Below, piece after piece: positions 26,268 through 34,140 of a stretch of 40,291 bases of DNA. This stretch comes from Planctomycetes bacterium GWF2_50_10. GTDB lineage: Bacteria > Planctomycetota > Phycisphaerae > Sedimentisphaerales > GWF2-50-10. The stretch is taken from contig MHYB01000014.1 of the NCBI GenBank assembly GCA_001824635.1, positions 1 through 40,291 of the forward strand, in the 5' to 3' direction. The number at the start of each line of letters is the position of its first letter. The first letter of the stretch is position 1. A program made the position numbers and the translations under genes. The notes below the pieces were generated by a model. That model saw nothing but the letters and a program-made list of their open reading frames with translations. It did no database searches and was not told the DNA's origin.

Positions 26268-27800
26268 TTAGAACGTAAACACCAGTTCATAACGCACAAA
26301 CGTCGCCCAGTCATTGTTATTGCTGCTGTAATAATTGCCAGGCAACATAACTTCACCAACAAGATGTCCCTTGATATTCTTATTGATGTTGTAACGCAGC
26401 ACAGATGACAGCATTTGTCCTCTGAAAGCCCCGCCCTCGCTGAACTGCGGCTTGTCCCGGTATGTGTTATCCTCTGCGAACATAAAATAGTAATCTGTGC
26501 ATATCTCAACCTGCTTCGATGGGTTAAAGCTAAAGCCAGGCCCGACCCTGAAGAGGTTAGTGTAATCAGCCGGCCTGCCGTTTTCCATCGCCCACGCATC
26601 GGTATAAACATCTGACCATCTTGCCCACCTGCCCCACAGAATATCGAAGCCTTCGTTCTGTGCCGTATCGGGATCATCGCCGGATAGGTATTCCGCCGAC
26701 ACTCTGTAATTGGTATTCACAGCGTCGTTTGTGAAATAGCTGATCTGAGTATTAAGACCCCACGCGTTCAAGTCCTGCCTTCCGTCGTCGTTGCTGAATG
26801 GATCGTTCTTCGAACCGAACTCGTACGCGCCCTCTGCTCTGTAACGCCAGTTCTCATCCAGCTTGCGTGCATACCTCAAACCAGGTACATAAATATCGCC
26901 GCTATAGCCTGATGCAAGCACCCGCTCGGCGTTCTTGTACATGAAATATGGGCTTATTTCGGTATCGGTAAACGACTTGTTTGTGAAATACACGATCGCG
27001 CCCTGTTCATCCTGTTCCGCCAGGAATATTTCAGGACTATACATGTTCACCGGATGCAGCCAGGCATCCGTCTCTGCGTGATTATCAAAATAGATCAAGT
27101 CAGTCGTCGTGTCGCAATCTTTCATATCAAACGTATAACGAACACCGTCGTAAAACCCCGTCCTCGATCCGTCTCTCGGGGTACCATCCGCCACAAGCCA
27201 CCCGTCACCAAGCACAATATCCTGCCTGCCGACCGTCAGCTTGCTTCCTTCCGTCAGGAAATTCCTGTAAACCAGGTTCAGATTATCAAACAGCCCCTCG
27301 TCCCTGGTTGATCCCTCAAGGGAATCCGGTTCTTCAACCGCGAACAACTGGTATGTGAACCTCGCATTTAGATCAAGGTCCTTATTGAGTTTAAATGTTC
27401 CCCAGACTCTGCCACGATATCTCTGGAACTGCTGCTCATGTCCGGGAGTCTCGTTACTGAATGTCTGTATTCTGTTCTGGTAATACTCACGAAGCTGCAC
27501 ATCCCCGCCCCATGTAAACCACGGAGTTGGATTCTTTAGCTTGTTGCACCATGCCTCAAAATCAGTGCACTCAGCCGACGGCTTTGGAGAGTAAACCTCC
27601 AACCTCTTAGGTTCCGCTGTGCTCGGTGCCGCCTTCCCGACCTGCGTAGCCGGCCCAGCCCCTTGTGCGGCTCCGGTACTTGACCCAACACCGGCTCCTG
27701 TTTCAGTCGGCTGGTTTGCCGCCATAGCCCATCCGGCCGCTAACATCCCTGCCAGAACAGCTGTCCTGATCAGTCCCCCGGCCTCTCTTGTCCTAAACAT
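26268..27800 (-). CDS. outer-membrane beta-barrel porin, possibly alginate-export-like
   Basis: I set the start at ATG 27800 (AAGGAG 6 nt upstream); the track start at 27815 is GTG. The signal peptide is ...AVLAGMLAAGWAMA. An Ala/Gly/Pro-rich low-complexity linker follows, then alternating beta-strand sequence rich in aromatic residues. The C-terminus YELVFTF is typical of outer-membrane barrels. Confidence 0.7.
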   Translation of the reverse strand: MFRTREAGGLIRTAVLAGMLAAGWAMAANQPTETGAGVGSSTGAAQGAGPATQVGKAAPSTAEPKRLEVYSPKPSAECTDFEAWCNKLKNPTPWFTWGGDVQLREYYQNRIQTFSNETPGHEQQFQRYRGRVWGTFKLNKDLDLNARFTYQLFAVEEPDSLEGSTRDEGLFDNLNLVYRNFLTEGSKLTVGRQDIVLGDGWLVADGTPRDGSRTGFYDGVRYTFDMKDCDTTTDLIYFDNHAETDAWLHPVNMYSPEIFLAEQDEQGAIVYFTNKSFTDTEISPYFMYKNAERVLASGYSGDIYVPGLRYARKLDENWRYRAEGAYEFGSKNDPFSNDDGRQDLNAWGLNTQISYFTNDAVNTNYRVSAEYLSGDDPDTAQNEGFDILWGRWARWSDVYTDAWAMENGRPADYTNLFRVGPGFSFNPSKQVEICTDYYFMFAEDNTYRDKPQFSEGGAFRGQMLSSVLRYNINKNIKGHLVGEVMLPGNYYSSNNNDWATFVRYELVFTF

Positions 27801-27862
27801 CGATACTCCTTTCACAAATTACATTCTGACCGATTCTATATGATGCTATTTTTTTTGGTAGG

Positions 27863-27968
27863 ATGGGCAACTTGTTGCCCATGCTGATTTCTGAGCAGCC
27901 GTTGCTAAAGAGCGACTTGTCATACCCGCGCAGGCGGGTATCCAGAATAAAAAGCGTCGCGCAGCGAC
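27863..27968 (-). promoter_or_regulatory. three consecutive stem-loops in the symporter-porin spacer; the first has a U-tract
   Basis: The first hairpin is GTCGC-tgc-GCGAC, followed on the minus strand by GC and then UUUUUAUU (27947-27968). The second is ATACCCGC-nnnn-GCGGGTAT (27922-27941, 8 bp). The third is ATGGGCAA-nnnn-TTGCCCAT (27863-27882, 8 bp). Confidence 0.4.
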
Positions 27969-28002
27969 TCCTCAACTCAAAACTCAAAACTTAGAACTCC
28001 TG
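27968..28002 (-). repeat. tandem heptamer tract B (AGTTnnn, four copies)
   Basis: The minus strand, starting 22 nt after the symporter stop, reads GG AGTTCTA AGTTTTG AGTTTTG AGTTGAG GAG. AGTT recurs at an exact 7-nt period. Confidence 0.6.
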
Positions 28003-28024
28003 TCTCATGTCTTCTACTTCCTAA

Positions 28025-29821
28025 TCACCCAAAGCACTTTGCAACATGCTCCTTTGAAAGCTTCTTCGTCATTAAACTAACTACCACCAGCGTCAAAAAG
28101 CTTATCGGTAGTGCCGCCACAAGCGGGTCCACAACAGGCCAGTTTGGATAATCCGCCAGTATGCTCGACTTGCCGCCGGTAACCTTCTGCACTAGCCCAA
28201 TCCCCCCAGCCTCCTGAGCCTTTACGAAAACAAGCCAGAAAGCCGTAACTGTAAACCCTGCTATCATAGAAGCCATCGCACCCGCCCGTGTGATACGCTT
28301 CGAAAAAAGCCCGCATATAAACGCCGGCAAAAATGCCGAAGCGCACAACCCGAAGAATATCGCCGTCGCCCGGGCGATAATAAAGCCGCCCCGCGTATAA
28401 TTGCCAAGTATCACCGCGATCACAAGCCCGATGATGATCGCTATTCGCGTTATCATCACGCTCCGCTCATGATTACCCGTCAACTGCTGGTAAACATCGC
28501 GCCCCATTGCTGTTCCAAGCGTATGGAACTGGCTCGAAAGCGTGCTCATCGCCGCAGATAATAGCGTCAGCAAAAACACCAGCCCGAACCATTTGGGCAT
28601 CGCCGCGATTATGTATGTCGGTATGATCTGGTCGGGATTGGGCTTTGGCAGACCCGCCGATGCGTAAACAATCGAAATGCTCCTGCCCTTAACAAGCTCG
28701 CCCGCCTCCGTAGCAACTTTCCCCGAAATCACCACCGGCGCCTTCTTGCCGGCTACTTCTTCCCATGCCCCAGCCTCATTTTGCTTCATTAATTGTATTA
28801 CCGCATGGCCTTTATCAGCATCGACCATGTTCACAACCTTGCCTGTCAACTCCTTGCCGTGCATGGCGAAATAAGCGTTCGAAAGTGCCCCAACGGTAAA
28901 CGCCACCCCCGTCATGAACAGTATGAATATTCCGCCCGTCACCACCGCCCGGTTAAGCTCGCGTTTGCTCTGCACAGTCATAAACCGCACCACAAGCTGC
29001 GGCTGCGCAAGCACCCCGATTCCCACGCCCAGCACTATCGTGCTGAACACTATCCACCACAAATCATACTTGCCATCACCGAATCCGAAAAGCGGCGTCG
29101 CTGTAAAACCCTGGTGTCCCATTGCTGTCAAATTTGCCGGAACAAGATCACTAAGCCCCGTCAGCACTTTGTGTCCCGCAGTTATCCCGCCTATGTTAAC
29201 ATAAGCGAATACCAAAAGCACCGCCATCCCCAGAAACATTATGCAGCCCTGCAGCGCATCGGTGTACATCACGGCTTTCAAACCACCCGCAACCACATAA
29301 GCCGCCACGATAACGCTGAACACAAGCAGCGCAAGCTGGTAATTTATCCCGAACTGTGTTGCCACGAATTCCGCCCCGCCTATCAGCACTGCCGCACCAT
29401 ATAATGGTATGAAAAAGAATATGATTAGACCCGCGGTAACCTGTATCGCCTTGCTGTCATATCTCCTCCCAAGCAGTTCCGGAAACGTATGTGCGTCAAG
29501 TACATGACCAAGCCTCCGTGTAGGCCCGCCAAGAAACACAAATGCTATAAATATCCCAACAAATATATTGCAGAACGTCAGCCACAAAAGGCTCATGCCG
29601 AAAAGCCCAGCCACCCCGCCAAACCCAACGATCGCGCTTGTAGATATAAAAGTCGCCCCATAGCTAAGCGCCATTATAAAAGGATGTGCCTTCCTTCCCG
29701 CCAGCAGGTAATCCGTCGCCGTACTCGTCCGCCTGTACCCTAGCCATCCCAGAAAAGCCGTAATAAGCAGATATAATATGATGACCAGTATTTCCGTAAT
29801 ACCAAGCTCTTGTCCGCCCAT
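28025..29821 (-). CDS. sodium:solute symporter (SSS) family transporter
   Basis: 598-aa polytopic ORF with SSS-like helices throughout. A soluble insertion of about 80 aa (ELTGKVVNMVDADKGHAVIQLMKQNEAGAWEEV...) interrupts them. The substrate is not inferable. Confidence 0.85.
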   Translation of the reverse strand: MGGQELGITEILVIILYLLITAFLGWLGYRRTSTATDYLLAGRKAHPFIMALSYGATFISTSAIVGFGGVAGLFGMSLLWLTFCNIFVGIFIAFVFLGGPTRRLGHVLDAHTFPELLGRRYDSKAIQVTAGLIIFFFIPLYGAAVLIGGAEFVATQFGINYQLALLVFSVIVAAYVVAGGLKAVMYTDALQGCIMFLGMAVLLVFAYVNIGGITAGHKVLTGLSDLVPANLTAMGHQGFTATPLFGFGDGKYDLWWIVFSTIVLGVGIGVLAQPQLVVRFMTVQSKRELNRAVVTGGIFILFMTGVAFTVGALSNAYFAMHGKELTGKVVNMVDADKGHAVIQLMKQNEAGAWEEVAGKKAPVVISGKVATEAGELVKGRSISIVYASAGLPKPNPDQIIPTYIIAAMPKWFGLVFLLTLLSAAMSTLSSQFHTLGTAMGRDVYQQLTGNHERSVMITRIAIIIGLVIAVILGNYTRGGFIIARATAIFFGLCASAFLPAFICGLFSKRITRAGAMASMIAGFTVTAFWLVFVKAQEAGGIGLVQKVTGGKSSILADYPNWPVVDPLVAALPISFLTLVVVSLMTKKLSKEHVAKCFG

Positions 29822-29863
29822 ATCTTCCTCTCTAAACTGAACTCTGAACCAGAATCCTGAACC
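29822..29863 (-). repeat. heptamer tract C, filling the whole intercistronic spacer
   Basis: The minus strand between the accessory-protein stop and the symporter ATG reads GGGTTCA GGATTCT GGTTCA GAGTTCA GTTTAGA GAGGAAGAT-ATG. Confidence 0.55.
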
Positions 29864-30037
29864 CTATTCTTCTTCCGCCATTTCCTTCTTTTCCTTCTGT
29901 GCCCACGCAATATCCTGCGGCTTTACAGAATCATCACCCCTGTTCCAGTTTATTATCCCGTAAACAACGCAAAGAACTGTGCTCCCAACGCAAAGCAGGT
30001 AGGCCAGCAGAACGTATTTATCCTCTATTCCAAGCAT
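29864..30037 (-). CDS. symporter small accessory protein (57 aa, one TM)
   Basis: Below the 60-aa ORF-track cutoff, so I translated it by hand: MLGIEDKYVLLAYLLCVGSTVLCVVYGIINWNRGDDSVKPQDIAWAQKEKKEMAEEE. GAGGAG lies 7 nt upstream. The motif YGIxNWNxG is characteristic of the small subunits encoded just upstream of SSS transporters. Confidence 0.75.
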   Translation of the reverse strand: MLGIEDKYVLLAYLLCVGSTVLCVVYGIINWNRGDDSVKPQDIAWAQKEKKEMAEEE

Positions 30038-30318
30038 GGCGAGCTCCTCTATCTAGATTTTATGCGCACTATTCCACGCTATTATCGGCACTTTGCATTC
30101 AATTCCATCACCTTATTTCAGAGCGATGTTTTCTGAAAAGGGCAGTTGTGAAAACCATCACAAACTTGCATTTTGTTCTCTAGCCCTCTTATCGCCCAGC
30201 CAACCCTCTATCAGTACTGTCAGCCACCCCGACTCAGGTTCAACTCCCCCTCATTTCCCTGAAGATCATATAAATTGATTGAAATAATTTTTTTAGCTCC
30301 CGGCCCGCTTTTCTCTCC

Positions 30319-30351
30319 GCAAAACCCAAAACCTTCAACCTTTACAACCCC
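30319..30351 (-). repeat. heptamer tract D (GGTTnnn, four copies)
   Basis: The minus strand reads GG GGTTGTAAA GGTTGAA GGTTTTG GGTTTTG C, with GGTT spacings of 9, 7 and 7 nt. It lies in the divergent intergenic region and abuts the putative -35 of the plus-strand promoter. Confidence 0.5.
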
Positions 30352-30380
30352 TTGCTCCCAAAAGTCTTTTCTGATATAAT
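30352..30380 (+). promoter_or_regulatory. candidate extended -10 promoter for the Pro-rich protein gene
   Basis: TTGCTC (30352-30357) is followed by a 17-nt spacer ending in TG, then TATAAT (30375-30380). AGGAGG and the ATG at 30402 follow. Confidence 0.45.
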
Positions 30381-30401
30381 AGGCAAAATCAGGAGGGATT
30401 A

Positions 30402-31106
30402 ATGAATTCCGGCCCAATAAACAACTTAGATGAAGACATTCTGCAGGCAAAGGCCGACCTTTTAAAGTCAAAGAACATTGTTCCGCCTTTCGGCAAGCCT
30501 CCTATGAAACAGCCCGACCCCCAGCCCGCCGCGCCAGATCCTGTCGATTCCCAGCTTATTGAGCCGGCAACACCGATTTTGCACCCGGCCCAGGCCATTG
30601 ACCCGCATTTCGCTCCCCAGCCGGATATAGCCGAACTGGACGAAGAACAACCAGCCGATTTTGAAACGGATCCCGAAATCGAGGCACGCATCCTTGCTAA
30701 CCTTGAATCCTGCCCCCAGCCAATGCCTCCGCAGGAAGATCAGCCGGAACCGGAAGACGAACAGCCCAAAAGTTGGATAGAAATGATCAAAGCCCAGGCC
30801 GCAAGCTCCACGTCCGCTTCAGCAGACATCCCAAAGTATAATCTCGCCGAGCAGATTATGGCTCAGCAGCGAAAACTCGCCTCAGACCGCCGCAAAGCCC
30901 CCGGCCGTGCACCGATACCTATTACCACCGTCCCGCAGCCGGCAATTGCACCGCAATCACCGTCAGAGGATGGCACCATCTTTGAGCAAAAATACCAGCC
31001 CTTTGTTCGCCTTCATTCCTTTACGCCTCCAGCGGACATAATTATTGCTAAAATTGTCGCCCGCGACATCGCCCGCGACATCGCCCGATATGTCAAAGTC
31101 TCCTAG
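30402..31106 (+). CDS. proline- and acid-rich hypothetical protein
   Basis: 234-aa ORF with a strong RBS. It is mostly low-complexity (P, Q, E, D), with a short conserved-looking segment IPKYNLAEQIMAQQRKLA and a C-terminal IIAKIVARDIARDIARYV. Confidence 0.6.
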   Translation: MNSGPINNLDEDILQAKADLLKSKNIVPPFGKPPMKQPDPQPAAPDPVDSQLIEPATPILHPAQAIDPHFAPQPDIAELDEEQPADFETDPEIEARILANLESCPQPMPPQEDQPEPEDEQPKSWIEMIKAQAASSTSASADIPKYNLAEQIMAQQRKLASDRRKAPGRAPIPITTVPQPAIAPQSPSEDGTIFEQKYQPFVRLHSFTPPADIIIAKIVARDIARDIARYVKVS

Positions 31107-31200
31107 CCTCAACTGTGCTTTTTAGCTTCAAAGCAGATTTGACAACATCGCAGCAATACTGTAAATACACATTCTATTAGCAAATTCATTCTGGAGAAGT

Positions 31201-32262
31201 ATGCAAAATATGGATATTTTCAGTCAGTACCCATGGCTCCTTTCTGCGACGTTACTGGCAATTGGTATAGGTATAGGCCTGGTGCTTGAGTATGTTGCCT
31301 TGCCCATAGCGATCAGCATCACCAAAAAAACATCATGGCAGCTTGACGACGCGGTACTGGGTTCCCTGCGAGGGCTTCTGGTGCTATGGCTCACTTGTGC
31401 CGGAGCACACTTTGCGGCACACAGCATGCCGCTTAAGGGCAATATGGCTGTGGATGGCGTTTCAGCTTTGAAAATCGTCGGCACGACTGACAGTATCCTT
31501 CTGGTGATCTTTATCGCCTCCCTCACGATATATGCCATGAGAGTGGCTGTCGCAGCCCTGGCATTATATGGAACAACAAGCGGTAATGGCGCACCGGGTG
31601 TCTCGCTTTTTACAAATATTACCAAGGTTGCCATCCTCATAATGGGCATACTGGTTATTTTAGGCACTTTTGACTACGACATAAGACCCATACTCACGGC
31701 CTTGGGCGTAGGCGGCTTGGCGGTAGCTCTGGCCCTTCAGGATACCCTTTCGAACCTTTTTGCCGGTCTCCATGTGGTTGCATCGAGGCAGATAAAACCG
31801 GGCGATTATGTGAAACTCGATAGTGGCGATGAGGGGTATATAGCTGATATTACGTGGCGAAACACCACGATAAAGGCACTGCCCAACAACATGGTAATAG
31901 TCCCCAATTCAAAGTTGGCTTCTGCCATAATCACCAATTTCTACCAGCCCACCCGTGAAATGGGAATGGGCTTGAACATTTGCGTGAGTTTCGATTCCGA
32001 TCTTGACAAGGTTGAAAAAGTCACGCTGGAGACCGCGACCCAGGTGCTGGCCAGGGTGCCTGGGGTGGTTGAAGATACCGCCGTTGCGGTAAGGTTTGGC
32101 GGGTTCGGCGAATACGGTGTAAATCTTGCGGTTGGCTTTAGAGTCAAAGAATTTACTGATCAGTACATGGTAAAACATGAACTTGCAAAAGCTCTGCACG
32201 CCAGGTATCAGGCAGAAAATATTGAGATAGCCTCTGCAATAGTCAGGAAAAGCCAGATATAA
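31201..32262 (+). CDS. mechanosensitive ion channel (MscS family)
   Basis: 353-aa ORF with N-terminal TM helices. The pore-helix and beta-domain signature reads ILTALGVGGLAVALALQDTLSNLFAGLHVVASRQIKPGDYV. Confidence 0.85.
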   Translation: MQNMDIFSQYPWLLSATLLAIGIGIGLVLEYVALPIAISITKKTSWQLDDAVLGSLRGLLVLWLTCAGAHFAAHSMPLKGNMAVDGVSALKIVGTTDSILLVIFIASLTIYAMRVAVAALALYGTTSGNGAPGVSLFTNITKVAILIMGILVILGTFDYDIRPILTALGVGGLAVALALQDTLSNLFAGLHVVASRQIKPGDYVKLDSGDEGYIADITWRNTTIKALPNNMVIVPNSKLASAIITNFYQPTREMGMGLNICVSFDSDLDKVEKVTLETATQVLARVPGVVEDTAVAVRFGGFGEYGVNLAVGFRVKEFTDQYMVKHELAKALHARYQAENIEIASAIVRKSQI

Positions 32263-32328
32263 TTCTGTTTTTTATTTTTATGTTTGAGGTTGATTTATTA
32301 ACATCGTAATAAAACAGGGGGTGTCATT

Positions 32329-32523
32329 ATGAAAATACCGTATGTTGACCAGGATGAATGCGTCAGTTGCGGACTTTGTACGACTAATCTGCCCGATGTA
32401 TTCCGTTTTGCAGATAACGACAAAGCCGAATGTTATAATCCCGCCGGTGCAAGTGAAGACGAAATCCAGACCCAGGCGATAGACGTATGTCCCGTATCAT
32501 GCATTCACTGGAAAGAGGCGTGA
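32329..32523 (+). CDS. small single-cluster ferredoxin ([4Fe-4S] or [3Fe-4S])
   Basis: 64-aa ORF with CVSCGLC ... CP, the motif arrangement of mono-cluster ferredoxins. It lies 146 bp upstream of nuoA. Confidence 0.8.
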   Translation: MKIPYVDQDECVSCGLCTTNLPDVFRFADNDKAECYNPAGASEDEIQTQAIDVCPVSCIHWKEA

Positions 32524-32669
32524 ATATGCAAAATCAATCCCTTGATGCTCGTTTTATGCCTAATTAGCCGATCAATACATAAATTCAGGATTATACTTAA
32601 AGATTTCCTCAGGCATATCAGCTATCATCCGACAATGAGCTTTGGGCAAATTGCATAAGTGGAGCAGAA

Positions 32670-33020
32670 ATGGAATATTTTTTCGTGCTTTTGCTGATAG
32701 TTCTGGCTGTAGTATTTGTCGCCGGCGGGCTGGCGGCGTCATACATGGTGGCGCCCCACAAGCCCGGCCGCATCAAGAGCATCTCATACGAATGCGGAGA
32801 AAAGCCCATTGGCCCGGCATGGATACAGTTCAACGTCGGTTATTACCTCTTCGCCTTGTTGTTTCTGATCTTTGACGTAGAGGCGGCTTTTCTATACCCC
32901 TGGGCGGTTGTGCTGCGTGAAGTTGGCCTGGCAGGCCTGATAGAGGCCGGTATTTTCATCCTTATATTGGTGTTGGGCCTGGCATACGCATGGAAGAAGG
33001 GGGTTCTTGAATGGGTTTAG
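32670..33020 (+). CDS. nuoA: NADH-quinone oxidoreductase subunit A
   Basis: 116 aa with three TM helices and YECGE...FDVE motifs. It is the first gene of the nuo cluster. Confidence 0.88.
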   Translation: MEYFFVLLLIVLAVVFVAGGLAASYMVAPHKPGRIKSISYECGEKPIGPAWIQFNVGYYLFALLFLIFDVEAAFLYPWAVVLREVGLAGLIEAGIFILILVLGLAYAWKKGVLEWV

Positions 33021-33694
33021 TAACAGATCGCCTCCCCGGACTGCTTGAGCCTATGCCTGGCGGTTCGATTTTAATAACCTCCGTAGATGCTATAATCAAC
33101 TGGTCGCGTGCCAACAGTCTTTGGCCCCTTGCTTTTGGAACAAAATGCTGCGCCATTGAGATGCTCATGGCCACCGGCGCACCCCACCAGGATATGGCCC
33201 GCTTCGGTGCCGAAGTCGCAAGACAAACTCCCAGGCAGGCGGATCTGATGGTAATAGCGGGCGCGATTGTAAAAAAAATGGCTCCCAGAATGCGGCTGCT
33301 CTATGAACAGATGGCCCAGCCTCGTTATGTCATCGCCACCGGCTCGTGCGCAATATCCGGCGGGCCTTTCATGTACAATTCCTACACCATAGTTCGCGGC
33401 GCAGATGAAATAGTGCCGGTCGATGTCTATGTCCCGGGCTGCCCCCCCAGGCCCGAAGCCTTTTTCTGGGGTCTGCTAGCCCTGCAAAAACTGATAAAAA
33501 GCGGCGAGTCGATAAGGCATCCCGGCATTAGAAAAAAGCCCGTATTAGCCGCCATGCCTCAGGGCATAACCGCCGACGAAATAAAGCAGCAGTTGCGCAC
33601 GCTGCTTGAAAAAGAAAATACAATCGATATCGAAAACGAAGCTAATAATAGAAGCTGGGCACAGAAGGTCGATCAATGGACGCAGAAAATTTAA
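33011..33694 (+). CDS. nuoB: NADH-quinone oxidoreductase subunit B (N2 cluster subunit)
   Basis: 227 aa with the motifs [14 protein letters not shown] and VPGCPPRPE. It carries a C-terminal extension of about 50 aa. Confidence 0.9.
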   Translation: MGLVTDRLPGLLEPMPGGSILITSVDAIINWSRANSLWPLAFGTKCCAIEMLMATGAPHQDMARFGAEVARQTPRQADLMVIAGAIVKKMAPRMRLLYEQMAQPRYVIATGSCAISGGPFMYNSYTIVRGADEIVPVDVYVPGCPPRPEAFFWGLLALQKLIKSGESIRHPGIRKKPVLAAMPQGITADEIKQQLRTLLEKENTIDIENEANNRSWAQKVDQWTQKI

Positions 33695-34140
33695 TTAACA
33701 CTATCATATCCCTTCAGCCCGCTTGCCGCATCAAGGAGCAGGCGGACAGGCCCTCTATTGAAGTCGCGGCCGAAAATCTCCCCGCGATTATGGAAACCCT
33801 GTGCAACAATGACAGGCTTGCCTTCGATATGCTCTTGGATCACACTGCCATAGATCACGAGCCTCTGGCAAAATTTGAACTGGTATATAATTTGTATTCA
33901 ACTCTTCACGGCCATTACCTCATGGTAACCTGCGACATAGAGCGGCAAAGTGCCCTTGCCCCGACAATGAGCATGATATGGTCGGCTGCGCACTGGCAGG
34001 AGCGGGAAGTTTACGACCTCTTCGGCATCCGCTACGAAGGCCACAGCGATCTTCGCCGCATATTCCTGGAAGACGATTGGCAGGGCCACCCGTTGCGAAA
34101 AGACTACAAAGACCCCGACATGCTGGAATTTGAAAAATGA
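33676..34140 (+). CDS. nuoC: NADH-quinone oxidoreductase subunit C
   Basis: 154 aa. The NuoC/30-kDa signature is [25 protein letters not shown]. Confidence 0.88.
   Translation: MDAENLINTIISLQPACRIKEQADRPSIEVAAENLPAIMETLCNNDRLAFDMLLDHTAIDHEPLAKFELVYNLYSTLHGHYLMVTCDIERQSALAPTMSMIWSAAHWQEREVYDLFGIRYEGHSDLRRIFLEDDWQGHPLRKDYKDPDMLEFEK

Noticed and set aside
27793-27987. The 64-aa minus-strand ORF in the symporter-porin spacer.
   Set aside because: It has a non-ATG start and no RBS. It runs through the three hairpins and the heptamer tract and overlaps the porin start, so it is most likely non-coding.
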